64,000 nucleotides of DNA, from positions 200,012,001 to 200,076,000 of the forward strand of contig OZ024742.1 in assembly GCA_964016885.1 (NCBI GenBank), in the 5' to 3' direction. Made by a program: the position numbers and the translations under genes. Source of the stretch: Eledone cirrhosa. Lineage: Eukaryota. Positions 1 to 12,002 of this stretch are shown piece by piece; position 1 is the first letter of the stretch; the number at the start of each line of letters is the position of its first letter. The notes under the pieces were generated by a model, which saw nothing but the letters and a program-made list of their open reading frames with translations, was not told the DNA's origin and ran no database searches.

Positions 1-133
1 AGTCGTAAACATTCTCTGAGCAATAATAGCTCCGGGGGAGAGAGAGAGGGGGGGGGGAAGGCTAGAGAGAAAAAGAGAGAGAGAGAAAGAGAGACGAGAA
101 AAGAACGAAAGAAAGAGAGAAAGAAAGAAAATA

Positions 134-167
<34 letters not shown>

Positions 168-275
168 GGGGCGGGAGAGAGACGTGTGTACATCTGTCGG
201 ATGGTCGTATATCCACTCGAAATTTTGTAGGTGGGTTGTTATTTTGATTTCATCTCCGTTCATTTAATGGCACGA

Positions 276-348
<73 letters not shown>

Positions 349-574
349 TTTATATATATGTATGTATATGTATATGTAGCGGAAACGTCCGTATGGAGAA
401 AAAAGGAAAAGGGTATTAAGCGGTCTATATAGTGAAAGAGTGCAATTTATGATTCATACACGCAATATGTATTACGCTACCTTGGGTTTCAAGGCATAGG
501 TGCGGAAATCTGCACGACAACACGTTACGTATAAGTATATATATATATATATGAAGCGTGTAAGTATATATATA

Positions 575-792
575 TAAAGGACGATCGACTTTCGTCAAAT
601 CGGACCGAGGGAACAATGTTTCCGTTGGTCTTTCCAATTGCTAATACTATCTATCGGTCGCAACTCCAGGTAGAAGGAGCAACATGAAATAAAGTGTCTT
701 GCTCAAGGACATAACGCATCGCCTGGTCCAGGAATCGAACTCACAACCTTACGATTGCGAATCCAATTCTCTAACCACTCCGCCACACGCCT
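575..792 (-). mobile_element. tRNA-derived SINE, family B (CORE-like central motif)
   Basis: Minus strand has an A-box-like GTGGTTAG and a B-box GAGTTCGATTCC, followed by GTCCTTGAGCAAGACACTTTATTTCA. Related copies lie at about 2.1, 42.5, 44.9 and 58.7 kb. Confidence 0.7.
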
Positions 793-837
793 TCACATAT
801 ATATGAAGCATGTATATATATGAAGCGAAATCTTATT

Positions 838-1086
<249 letters not shown>

Positions 1087-1452
1087 TTTTATGTAAGAAG
1101 CCGTCTGATGTGTGCATGGCACTGGGTACGCGGAATCGCCTGGCCACTGTCGTCATTGAAATATGTATCACAGCATTACCAATAAAGGACTTTAACATCT
1201 GAAACTACTTCGCATTTTCTCATTTTAAACATACTCTATTATTCCTATGTGGAAGAAGCACATTGAGTGCTTGAATTGAATTGCATCAATATTTACCGTA
1301 CGTATATATATATATATATATATATATATGAATATAGACATAGAATATTCGAAAATATTCTGTATGTTTATAATAAACATTTTGAAGACCTAATCGCTAT
1401 AGAATAGAATACGTCACGTATTATAATTAGATTCTCGATAAAAGCAAGGGAA

Positions 1453-1495
1453 GTAATCTACGCGTTTCATTCTTATTAGAAATCTTCAGGACTAC
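1453..1495 (-). ncRNA. Minimal type I hammerhead ribozyme
   Basis: Reverse complement of 1727-1769. Confidence 0.85.
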
Positions 1496-1726
1496 ATATC
1501 CAGTGCTTTTATCGAGAATGACACAGCTAGAGACTTATAGAATACTTAGCTGTGTACGGGAACTGGTTTGAAAGAGCGGTTGCCGGTCCGGCAGAAATTA
1601 GAAATTGGAATAAATGCTCTGAAATAGCGATATATATGTGAATATAGACATAGAATATTCGAAAATATTCTGTATGTTTATAATAAACATTTTGAAGACC
1701 TAATCGCTGATAAAAGCACTGGATAT

Positions 1727-1769
1727 GTAGTCCTGAAGATTTCTAATAAGAATGAAACGCGTAGATTAC
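1727..1769 (+). ncRNA. Minimal type I hammerhead ribozyme
   Basis: gtagtc-CTGAAGA-t-TTCT-aata-AGAA-t-GAAA-CGCG-TA^gattac. Stem I is 6 bp, stem III is the palindrome ACGCGT, and the triplet is GUA. Confidence 0.85.
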
Positions 1770-1926
1770 TTCCCTTGCTTTTATCGAGAATCTAATTGTA
1801 ATACGTGACGTATTCTATTCTATAGCGATTAGGTCTTCAAAATGTTTATTATAAACATACAGAATATTTTCGAATATTCTATGTCTATATTCACATATAT
1901 ATCGCTATTTCAGAGCATTTATTCCA

Positions 1927-2005
<79 letters not shown>

Positions 2006-2074
2006 GACTTAGTAGACATACAACTTTATTATATTTATATTTATAACTCATGTATATAGAGTACATTTTGTGGA

Positions 2075-2330
2075 TGCAGCATGTTCAGATAGTTAAGTGG
2101 TTCACTTCGTAATCATAAGGATCCGTATTAGATTCCACTGCGTGGCATCTTGAGCAAGTGTTAATTAGATGAGCTTTGCGTCAAGTGAAATATGGGAGAT
2201 GGACACTGCTTCGAAGCCCGTCGGATGAACTATGCCTGTAATTCAAAGGGCCAACCAGCTCGCATATTGCATCACGCCGAATTATTCCGAAAACTACGAT
2301 AAAGGTACATGTGTCTTTGGAATACTCAGC
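2075..2330 (+). mobile_element. SINE family B, decayed
   Basis: GATTCCACTGCGTGGCATCTTGAGCAAGTG, plus a tail similar to the 44.9-kb copy (CCTGTAATTCAAAGGGCC). Confidence 0.5.
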
Positions 2331-2466
2331 CAATTACATTATAATACAATTTGATAATTTTATTAGCGTCACTCAGATATGAGACGTACACAAACTGTAA
2401 ATTTAAACATGGACACAAACACACACATATTTCTTTCGAATGAAACTGTTCCAGTCCTGTAAAAGC

Positions 2467-2566
<100 letters not shown>

Positions 2567-3108
2567 GCAGGCTTTCCCATAGCTTTCTTCAACCACATTT
2601 CTATCACAAGACATTGGTCAAGCCGCCGCAGCTAAAGTGTCACCCAGTAGGACTAAAGGTGAAACCAAGGGGATGCGAAGCGTACTTCACATCCCCGCAG
2701 TCATGCTTGAATATAACTTTATATCTTTGCGCTCTGAGTTAAAATCATGCTGTTGCCTACTTGGTTGGTAGACTAAAACCTGCTGCTCAGTTTATTGCTA
2801 TTACCTCTTGGCCATTGGGTGCCCTTAATGGGGTTTAAACTGATGCAAGTATTCGAGCCACATCTCTGATTTGAGTATATTTTCCTTTCTCCCATCAATC
2901 TCGGAGAACTTGAAAAAATGTTATGAGCATCGTTCTTACCTCCTTGATAAACCAATGATAAACTCCTAATGGAATTGTGAGGGGTGCCCTTATAATGAAC
3001 AGCGTGTTTTGAGCATTTTAAATTTAGTAGACCCTACCGCTTTCTAAGGTTTTAATACAGCAGATTTCTTTCAGAGAAGAAAATGAAGGCATTAGAGAGA
3101 GAGAGAGA

Positions 3109-3206
<98 letters not shown>

Positions 3207-3281
3207 TGTAATATATGTACATTCTATGAATAGTTTCTGTTAACTGAATTTCCCCCACAATACTAGAAGTAGATCCCTCAT

Positions 3282-3690
3282 CTAGGACGTCACATGTTGC
3301 GACATGTTTTCCGCCTCAAAATTAGTCGCTTCGGCCACAAACACCGGTACTGCGGCCCGCAATGCAGTGGAAAGGAATACAAACAAATACCAGGGATTGT
3401 CCGGCCGCTTTCTCTTCGCACCGGTCACCGTCGTGACATCAGGCGTACTTGGACCCCGTTCTGTCGAGCCCCTCCGCAAGGTCGGATCGTCAGAGGAGGA
3501 AGGATCCCCGTGAGGGGAGGTGGCTGTTGCAGGGGTGTCTCTGGCCATTGTCCGTGGAAATGTTTATGCGGTCTTGTCCTCAGGGCGCACCCCCACACCA
3601 CTGCGCCCTCTACCTAGAGCCCCACTCCCTCCCATTCTTCTGTGACCCTAGAGCTCTTGCCGTCCCCTTTATTTTTAAATATCTATAGTG
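3282..3690 (-). other. GC-rich island with 88-aa ORF; possibly the 5' end or ORF1 start of a retroelement
   Basis: Sharp GC-rich segment. The ATG ORF 3548-3282 has a low-complexity S/T/P N-terminus and a basic KRKR motif. No recognisable domain. Confidence 0.3.
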
Positions 3691-5079
3691 TTGTTGTTAT
3701 TGGAAATAGATTTGTTTATGATTAAAAAAATTTATCATTAATAAATTATTTATTCGGTATGTAAAAAATAATCAAAATACTAGATTAGACCCGAGGCTAT
3801 AGAAAATGATTCTTGCCCAGAATGTCACGCATTGGGATGGAACCCAGAATCTAATGATCGTAAGACAAACTTCTTAACGATCCAGCTGACAGATTTAACC
3901 AATAAATAAATAAATAAATAATATATGATATAAAATATAAAATAAACCAACTAATCAAGAAAACTAATTAATCTAGGATTAAAGATGAGATATATCAAAG
4001 AAATATTATTATTATTATTTGCTCAAGTCACATTTAAATGACCGTACATCAAACTCTGTTGTGTGTTTTGGTGCGAATGTATTTCTATCTTATTAAAAGA
4101 CCGCAAATCTGTTGGATTGGGTTTAGCTGTCAATTAAGGCTAACATTGTTTTAATGTAAGACGATGATGTTTATCTAATTATATTATGTCTTTTGGATAG
4201 TTCAAATTCCCGCTGATGCTTCTCGTATGAAGTTAATTAACATAACTAATAGATAGGAATTATTCAGGAGAATTACACCTACGATTTGCTTTCAGTGATA
4301 GAAGACGGGATAATAATATTATTTTAGTTATCAGCTCAACATTTGTGTACCAGCGAAATAATAAAAAGTAAAATAAAACAAAAATGCTTATATACATCAA
4401 AATATAATGTAAAATATAATTGTTTCTACTTAAGGCACAAGGCCAGCAATTATCCAGTACATTACTGGTACTTTATTTTATCGACCCCGTAATGTAAAAT
4501 AATGTAAAATAATGTAAAATAATGTAAAATATAATAAAAAAGAAAGAGGTAGCGTCTTATGCGAAGAGGTGTCCAATAGGCCGGCAAACACGGTATATTG
4601 TTATTAATAATTTAGCGTTAAAAAATATATACTGTCACGAAAAAAGCCACAACAAATGACGGAAGATATTTATGATTCCGCGAAAATGCGGTGGTTTCCG
4701 CGAACAATTATTAGTTATGTTCTAAGGAAAATTCCACGAATAACTGGAACCGCGAATGCCGGGATACTCAGTATACCATAAACTCTTCCCACAGAGAGAG
4801 TGCTCTCCCAATACTCTTTACACAACGCTACACTATACAAACCGAATATTATAGATGAACATAGAAGTGGAAGTTCACAGAAGTGTATCTAAAGAAACTA
4901 TTTCTAGAATTTGTACACCAAGATTTGTTTTATCAAATACTTTATTTGATAAGCTTGTCTACTTGATATAATACATATACAAATATTTGGTTTGTCTGAT
5001 TAAAGAGGAGATTCTTTAAGGACACTTTTGTGTATTTCCACTGTTATTTATTATTTATTACACCCCCTCTCTGTGCGTA

Positions 5080-5985
5080 TCTTCTTCTTCTTCTTCTTCT
5101 TCTTCTTCTTCTTCTTCTTCTTCTTCTTCTTCTTCTTCTTCGCCCACATATGTATTCCTGAGAGGGTCAGGGGGGAAGAGTCCTCAAACACTCCTTCCAG
5201 CGGGTCCTGTCAGAAGCAACCATTTCCAACTGATCCGGCTGTACACCCAAGCGAGACAAGCCAAGCTCATGGATGTTATGCAACTATCTTGCTCGAGGTT
5301 TACACCTGGGCCTCTTGCCAGTTGGATTTGTCTGTAAAATCTGTCCAGCGATTCTTTCCTGAGGCATTCTAACCACATACCGATAGTATCGGAGCTGTGA
5401 TTTCTCAATCCAGAAAAGTAGAGGTTTTATCTGGATCGACTCTGATATCCGAGCTACGCTCTCTATCGAGTAACATTACTCAAAATTTCCTTCGGAAGAA
5501 CCCCATTTCGGCCGCTTGTATTCGTGATCGTATTCTTTCGATCATTACCTAAGATTCATGACAAATAGGTAGGGGTTGGCACGAATAGAGAATTGAAGAT
5601 AGAGAGTTTGGTTTTTACACCTACCTCTGATTACTGAATGCATTATTGCACTAGCTCCTGCAATTAATACACTTAATTCAGCCTTCTGTCTTCCATCACT
5701 CGTGCTCACGGCCCCGATTTACTTGAACTTTTTCCTCCTGGTTCAGTGAAACTCCATTCACATGTAGAGTGCACTGCGCATGCCTCCTTGAGAGGATGAG
5801 TGTCTCAGTTTTCGTAGCACTTACTTTAATTCCAGCCATGCAGCACTAGGCGTAAAACCTATCCAGTGTAAGTCAGAGATCACCTTCTGTCGAGTTAAGT
5901 AATACCATGTCGTCTGCAAATTCCACTGGAATGTCTACAAGCGCTCATAGCACTCAGCCAATCGCGTAGTTCGATCGGTAGAGAC
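5080..5985 (-). pseudogene. Decayed non-LTR RT relic (RTE-like) with (GAA)n tail
   Basis: Minus strand near 5900-5930 translates VEFADDMVLL (RT catalytic motif), and near 5720 FK*IG (FKYLG-like). The relic ends in a (GAA)n run at 5080-5140. Confidence 0.55.
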
Positions 5986-5989
5986 TCCA

Positions 5990-6815
5990 CCTTATAGAAG
6001 GTAAGTCGACAGTAAAAGCGAAGATTTTTGGGGAATAATGAACTAGCCACTCTTTTACAAACAACTTCCAGAAATCTCTAGCCTGGGAGTTCTACCGGGG
6101 AATAGTGCCAGTTCAAAATAATCTCTACAGGCATGTCCGAGATGAGCACAGCGCGACGTCACCGTCGTCCACGCACTCGATGAGTTTCCAAGCATTACTG
6201 AGTTGTGGGTTTATGTCGAACAACTGCTGTCACGTGTAGGTTGGATCCGGCTGTTAGTTGAATCCATTGTGAATATCGCCCCGCCAATTTTCTTTAGAGG
6301 GGAAGGATAGGCATATTTTATTTGCGTGGTGGTTATGGTGAAAGAATCGTGTTGTGAACACGTCTGAAAGGGTTGAAGACAAGCACTTTCCTCTTCAGTG
6401 AAGCCCTGATTAACGTTTTCAGATTTCACTAAAAGAGGAAAATCAACGTGGAGAGGGAAGTGCTGCCTTCTAAGCAGATTGTTGAAAGGTGGGTGTGAGA
6501 GGCAAGCATGGCCCGAGTGAATGGGCCTACTGTGAGTATGCACCTGTTGATTGTAAAAGGACAACTGGGAGGGGGCTTTTGTTGGGCTTTCTTAACACAG
6601 ACCCTCGGAAGTCCTCCCTCCCCCTCCATAGGGGAATCTATTTTTATTTGAATTTGTTTTACATGTTTTCCTTGTTTTTTGTTTAAAATATTTTACACGT
6701 TAAAACTCACACTGTACCGTCCTGTGTCGTCCTGTGCCGTCCTGTACCACCATTAATGTTTCCTTAATGTGAGCCCTGCGTGGGTAATAATGAAGTTATT
6801 TTTATTATTATTATT
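5990..6815 (+). mobile_element. Older Tx1/L1-clade LINE 3' fragment
   Basis: Translates NNFQKSLAWEFYRG and ...LKRKINVER...ASMARVNGP, matching the C-terminus of the 46386-49799 ORF. Followed by a 3' UTR and a TTA tail. Confidence 0.8.
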
Positions 6816-6817
6816 TA

Positions 6818-6890
6818 TTGTCCTGTACTGTCCTTAATTTATGTGAACCCTTGTGGTTAATAAAGAAAACATTATTATTATTATTATTAT
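6818..6890 (+). mobile_element. Extreme 3' tail of the young Tx1 family
   Basis: GTCCTGTACTGTCCTTAAT..ATGTGAACCCTTGTGGTTAATAAAGAAAAC(ATT)n closely matches the reverse complement of 46140-46200. Confidence 0.85.
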
Positions 6891-9800
6891 TCCTTGAATC
6901 TCAGTCATTGATGTTCGTTAACTGGAAAGTCCGTTGGATTGAATATCAAGCCACTACCTGCAGCCTCAGATATTCAGGACGTATCGGAGGGTTCTTGCTG
7001 TTCCAAGCAAGCATGCCTTTTGAAGCGTTCCAAAAAGCGTGAAGGGGCTGATTTTCTTTAACCATCCCTGGAAACTTTTGGAGATAGTCCCCAGTGCGCC
7101 TATGACAATCGGGATCACTTTGACTTCATGGCAGTTCCAAATCCTTTTCACCTCCCACTTTAGGTCCTGGTATCGGTTAATTTTCTCCCTCTCCTTCTCT
7201 TGCACTCTCGTGTCGAAAGGGCAGGCCACATCCACAATCAGGCACGATCTTTTTTCTTTGTCCACAACCACCAGGTCAGGTCTATTGTGTTCCAGTTTTT
7301 TGTCCGTCTGTATCCTAAAATCCCACAGCACCCTCACCTGATTGTTCTCCATCACCGCCTCTGGCCTATGCTCATACCATTTCTCAGAATGTGGTAGATT
7401 GTTTACTTTGCACAGGTGCCAGTGGATCACCCTGCCCATCACATCGTGTCTCCAGCCCTTATAGTGGGTCTGGGCTAGGTGTTTACACTCGGACACAATG
7501 TGAGCCACAGTCTCCTCTCTCTCTCCACAGATCCTGCACAGTGGGCTAGCCTCCTCCTTGTAGATATGGTGCTTCAACCACTTCGTTTTGAGGGCCTGCT
7601 CCTGCGCAGCCATTAGCATTCCTTCTGTAGCCTTTTTGAGGTCTCCTCTTCTCAACCAGTTCCATGTCTGTAGATCTCTAAATTCAGTTTTCTCAAAGAA
7701 GGTACTATGAAGGGATTTTCCCTTAAGGCTGCTCTTCCTCCTTGATGTTATTTCCTCCTTGGACATCCCCTGGCCTACTGTCCCCTCCTTCAGTACAGTT
7801 CTGAGCATTGGCTCCTTACTATAGGTCACGTATTTGTATAGGTTGTTTTTCTCCATCTGAACACAGTCCTCTATGCTGATAAGACCTCTTCCACCCTCAG
7901 ATCTCCTTAGGTAGAGTCTACCGACATCACTCCTCTTGTGGAACATGTTGTAGATAGTCAATAGCTTCCTAGTCTTCCTATCCATTTCTTTTTGTTCAGC
8001 AACATTCCATCTCAGAATTCCCGCACTGTACCTAATAATAGACACAGCTCGGGAATTTACTGCGCTTATGGCATTTCTGCTGTTCAGATGTGACTTCAAT
8101 ACGCTCCTTACTCTCCGAATGTATTCAGTTCTTAACAATTCCTTCATTTTTTTGTTCTTTATGCCATCAGCCTCCAGAACGCCCAAATACTTGTATCCTT
8201 CCTCAGAGTCAATTTCCTTTATCATCTCACCTGTTGGTATCTGGATCCCGTTACTTCTGCTCAACCTACCCCTCTTCATCACAATGACTCCACATTTACC
8301 AATACCAAACTGCATACATATATCACTGCTGAAAATACGGACAGTGTCAACAAGCACATCCAACTCCTTCTCACTTTTCCCGAAGAGCTTAAGATCGTCT
8401 ATGAAGAGGAGGTGATTGATGGTAAGCTCTCCCCTTCCCAACTTGTATCCTGCTCTCACTTTTCGCAGCATAATGGTCAAGGGCATCAGGGCAAGGACAA
8501 ACAACAGAGGGGACAGGCTATCTCCCTGGAAGATACCTCTCTTGATCTTCACGCTTCCCAAGGATACTCCAGTTGATGTCAACTCTGTCTCCCAGGACCC
8601 CATACTCCTGCCTAGCAACTGTCTGATGTTATCTGCCACCCTGAAGATCTCCAGGCTTTTGGTGATCCAGGAATGAGGCACCATGTCAAATGCCTTTCTG
8701 TAGTCTATCCATCCCATGGCAAGATCAGTGTGTCTCCTCCTGCAATTCCCCATTACCATCTTATCAATAAGCAACTGGTCCTTTGTACCACGTGACTTCT
8801 TTCGGCATCCTTTCTGTTCGTCCGGTAACAAGTTGTTTGTGTGGAGGTGATGGTAGATTTCCTCAGACACAATGCTCGTCAACAGTTTCCACATTACGGG
8901 CAGACATGTGATAGGTCTATAGTTGGTAACATCATTACCCTTGATTCGGTCTTTCATTATCAGAACTGTGGTACCTTTTGTCAACCACTCTGGCACCTCA
9001 CCCGACACCAAGCAGTCATTGAACATGGCCGTCAGCTTCGGGTGGAGGGATGTTAAATGTTTAATCCAATACCCCTGCACACCATGTGGGCCTGGTGATT
9101 TCCAGTTGGTTAGTTTTTTGGCTTGCCCCTTAAGAGTTTCAACTGTGATACTCAAATAAGTCTGTTGTTGTGCCTGCTCACCGATCTCCCTCTGTACTGT
9201 CTCAATCCACCCTGCCTGGGCATTGTGTCTAACATCCTGCTCCCATATTCCTATCCAGAATGTTTTAGTTTGTTCCGCCCCAGGGATCAAGTCGTTGCCT
9301 CTTTCTTTCCCCTCAAGCTGTCCAAACAGCATCTTCTGGTTGTTGTCGAACATGCGGTTCTGTTTATACTGACTGACTCTGTTCTCGTATCGCCTGATTT
9401 TTGCACTCTTTGCTACAATGCGTTGCTTCAATTCCTCTATGATAATATTTAGCTTTTTACTCCTAGTTTTGTATTTTATTTCCAGTCTATTTTTAGTGCC
9501 TATGTTTTTTAGTGTCCCATTCAGTAGTGACTCAAGCTTTCCTATGTCATTTCTCATTTCCCCGATTTGCCCACTCAGTCGCTTCTTCCACCACGGCTCT
9601 GCTCTTTCTTGTCTGTTGTTTCCTCTCGCTTTTATACCAAGTAGTTTCCTCACCGTATTTGCTGTTGCTTTGAGGATATTGTTGCACTGGTGAAGGCTCC
9701 TCGCCTCAAGGTATGGGATGACTTTGTTTACCTTAGCTGTTGTTTCTTTTAACTTTTTCCTGTCTACAAATCTTAGGTTCATAGGTCTCCCACTATCATT

Positions 9801-10780
9801 GTTCAATTCATCTACCACTAAATTTAGGATGTCAACCGAATCTTGTCCTAGCCCGTCAGCATTCATCTCCTCAGTGGCCGTATCTCTGTTCCAGGTATTA
9901 TTTATCTCAGTATTCAGATCATTGTCTGCTTCGGGTGGTTCCTCCGTTCTCAGGACCTCCTCATCTTCATTTCCCACCGGCTCGCTTGTCTGGCATACTA
10001 CACCCGCCATCTCCAAGCCATTCTCTCTGCTCAGTTCCTCCAGTTCCAGCTCGCTTATCCACCCATTAGTTCTTATTACCCGAGCCTGCCCGGCCAATTT
10101 TTGTTCATCTAATTTAAATAAACCAATCTCGTTCCAGATGTTATGCATCCGTCTCCTGTAGCCCCTCTCCTTGGGGTTACTTTTCAGGTAGCATTGCATA
10201 ACAGTTCTATTCAATTCTTTCGTCCAGTTGGTTCTGGCCCCTTTCCTTCTTCTTCTTCCTCCAACATCAGCAGTATTTGGTTGACAGTCAGGTTCCTGCT
10301 GCTGAGCCAGGGGGGACCTGTTGGGTGAGAGTCTGTCACATGACGTTCTAGTCTCCATTTCACCGTTATTCGAACTGTTTATGTTCGATATTTAAACACT
10401 CTTATCGAGGATTGGCGAATGTATAGTTACATAGCCATCTGTGGATCCGCCATCCCACTTGGCCCTTGTGTGGCATTATCGCCACGCTGTATACGAACAC
10501 ACATAAACAAACAAACACACAGGCAGAAAGGGCCCCAAAAATGAATAAGCATAAGTTTCATTGTAATGTAGTGTTCGAATGTCTGACTTAGTTTTTGTTT
10601 TTTAAGTTTTACTTTTTCCCCCCTCTTCTCTGTCCGTCCGCCTGCTTCTCTCTTCATTCTTATTTTCTTTACGTTTTGGGGGTTTCTTTTTTTGTTTTTG
10701 TTTTTCTCTGTTTGTTTTTCTCGTTTTTGCTGTTGTTGCTGTGCTGCTTTGGTTTTGTTGTTTGTTTTTTCTTTTTTCTT
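6871..10780 (-). mobile_element. Probably full-length R4/Dong-clade non-LTR retrotransposon in (TAA)n
   Basis: Single long ORF, a 3' UTR of about 75 nt ending GATTCAAGG(AAT)n, and about 420 nt of leader back to the upstream TAA run. Confidence 0.85.
6966..10358 (-). CDS. RT + CCHC + restriction-like endonuclease polyprotein (R4/Dong clade), 1130 aa, uninterrupted
   Basis: RT motifs: WKSPGPHG, NYRPITCL, WIDYRKAFD, GIFQGDSLSP, HLLFIDD, YKYLG. Zinc knuckle CRICGEREETVAHIVSEC, then RHD and the PD-(D/E)xK endonuclease NRPDLVV..IVDVACP..EKINRY. Confidence 0.95.
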   Translation of the reverse strand: METRTSCDRLSPNRSPLAQQQEPDCQPNTADVGGRRRRKGARTNWTKELNRTVMQCYLKSNPKERGYRRRMHNIWNEIGLFKLDEQKLAGQARVIRTNGWISELELEELSRENGLEMAGVVCQTSEPVGNEDEEVLRTEEPPEADNDLNTEINNTWNRDTATEEMNADGLGQDSVDILNLVVDELNNDSGRPMNLRFVDRKKLKETTAKVNKVIPYLEARSLHQCNNILKATANTVRKLLGIKARGNNRQERAEPWWKKRLSGQIGEMRNDIGKLESLLNGTLKNIGTKNRLEIKYKTRSKKLNIIIEELKQRIVAKSAKIRRYENRVSQYKQNRMFDNNQKMLFGQLEGKERGNDLIPGAEQTKTFWIGIWEQDVRHNAQAGWIETVQREIGEQAQQQTYLSITVETLKGQAKKLTNWKSPGPHGVQGYWIKHLTSLHPKLTAMFNDCLVSGEVPEWLTKGTTVLIMKDRIKGNDVTNYRPITCLPVMWKLLTSIVSEEIYHHLHTNNLLPDEQKGCRKKSRGTKDQLLIDKMVMGNCRRRHTDLAMGWIDYRKAFDMVPHSWITKSLEIFRVADNIRQLLGRSMGSWETELTSTGVSLGSVKIKRGIFQGDSLSPLLFVLALMPLTIMLRKVRAGYKLGRGELTINHLLFIDDLKLFGKSEKELDVLVDTVRIFSSDICMQFGIGKCGVIVMKRGRLSRSNGIQIPTGEMIKEIDSEEGYKYLGVLEADGIKNKKMKELLRTEYIRRVRSVLKSHLNSRNAISAVNSRAVSIIRYSAGILRWNVAEQKEMDRKTRKLLTIYNMFHKRSDVGRLYLRRSEGGRGLISIEDCVQMEKNNLYKYVTYSKEPMLRTVLKEGTVGQGMSKEEITSRRKSSLKGKSLHSTFFEKTEFRDLQTWNWLRRGDLKKATEGMLMAAQEQALKTKWLKHHIYKEEASPLCRICGEREETVAHIVSECKHLAQTHYKGWRHDVMGRVIHWHLCKVNNLPHSEKWYEHRPEAVMENNQVRVLWDFRIQTDKKLEHNRPDLVVVDKEKRSCLIVDVACPFDTRVQEKEREKINRYQDLKWEVKRIWNCHEVKVIPIVIGALGTISKSFQGWLKKISPFTLFGTLQKACLLGTARTLRYVLNI

Positions 10781-11760
10781 TATTATTATTATTATTATTA
10801 TTATTATTGTTATTGTTATTCCTTGAATCTCAGTCATTGATGTTCGTTAACTGGAAAGTCCGTTGGATTGAATATCAAGCCCCTACCTGCAGCCTCAGAT
10901 ATTCAGGACGTATCGGAGGGTTCTTGCCGTTCCAAGCAAGCATGCCTTTTGAAGCGTTCCAAAAAGCGTGAAGGGGCCGATTTTCTTTAACCATCCCTGG
11001 AAACCTTTGGAGATAGTCCCCAGTGCGCCTATGACAATTGGGATCACTTTGACTTCATGGCAGTTCCAAATCCTTTTCACCTCCCACTTTAGGTCCTGGT
11101 ATCGGTTAATTTTCTCCCTCTCCTTCTCTTGCACTCTCGTGTCGAACGGGCAGGCCACATCCACAATCAGGCACGATCTTTTTTCTTTGTCCACAACCAC
11201 CAGGTCAGGTCTATTGTGTTCCAGTTTTTTGTCCGTCTGTATCCTAAAATCCCACAGCACCTTCACCTGACTGTTCTCCATCACCGCCTCTGGCCTATGC
11301 TCATACCATTTCTCAGAATGTGGTAGATTGTTTACTTTGCACAGGTGCCAGTGGATCACCCTGCCCATCACATCGTGTCTCCAGCCCTTATAGTGGGTCT
11401 GGGCTAGGTGTTTACACTCGGACACAATGTGAGCCACAGTCTCCTCTCTCTCTCTCCACAGATCCTGCACAGTGGGCTAGCCTCCTCCTTGTAGATATGG
11501 TGCTTCAACCACTTCGTTTTGAGGGCCTGCTCCTGCGCAGCCATTAGCATTCCTTCTGTAGCCTTTTTGAGGTCTCCTCTTCTCAACCAGTTCCATGTCT
11601 GTGGATCTCTAAATTCAGTTTTCTCAAAGAAGGTACTATGAAGGGATTTTCCCTTAAGGCTGCTCTTCCTCCTTGATGTTATTTCCTCCTTGTGTATCCC
11701 CTGGCCTACTGTCCCCTCCTTCAGTACAGCTCTGAGCATTGGCTCCTTACTATAGGTCAC
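10781..11760 (-). mobile_element. 5'-truncated R4/Dong copy, head-to-tail with the full element
   Basis: Nearly identical to 6890-7830, with a frameshift in a GA run near 11450. Bounded by TAA runs at 10781-10820 and 11761-11803. Confidence 0.93.
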
Positions 11761-11804
<44 letters not shown>

Positions 11805-11805
11805 T

Positions 11806-11994
11806 ATGCAACATAGAATTACGGCCCTTTACGTTCTGTGTTCAAATCCTTCTTAGGTTAGCTTTTCCTTTCATCCTTATGGAGTCGATAAAATAAAGTA
11901 CCAGTAATGTACTGAGGTTGATTTAATCGACTTTCCCTTTCCCCCCCAAAAAAATGTTGGCCTTGTGCCTATAGTAGAAATCATTATTATTATT
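11806..11994 (+). mobile_element. tRNA-derived SINE family A (5'-truncated)
   Basis: GTTCAAATCC B-box, core CCTTTCATCCTTATGGAGTCGATAAAATAAAGTACCAG, tail GGCCTTGTGCC..GTAGAAA(ATT)n. Confidence 0.8.
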
Positions 11995-12002
11995 TTTGAA
12001 GG

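Larger units (their letters stand above)
1329..1930. mobile_element. Hammerhead-containing 310-bp tandem unit with fold-back (retrozyme-like or non-autonomous PLE)
   Basis: TGAATATAGACATAG occurs at 1329 and 1639 (period 310). 1709-1930 is the reverse complement of the unit across its junction. Both flanks are (TA)n. Confidence 0.8.

Noticed and set aside
7039-10328. Plus-strand ORFs overlapping the Dong ORF, and equivalents over Tx1
   Set aside because: They are antisense shadows of the retrotransposon coding sequence.
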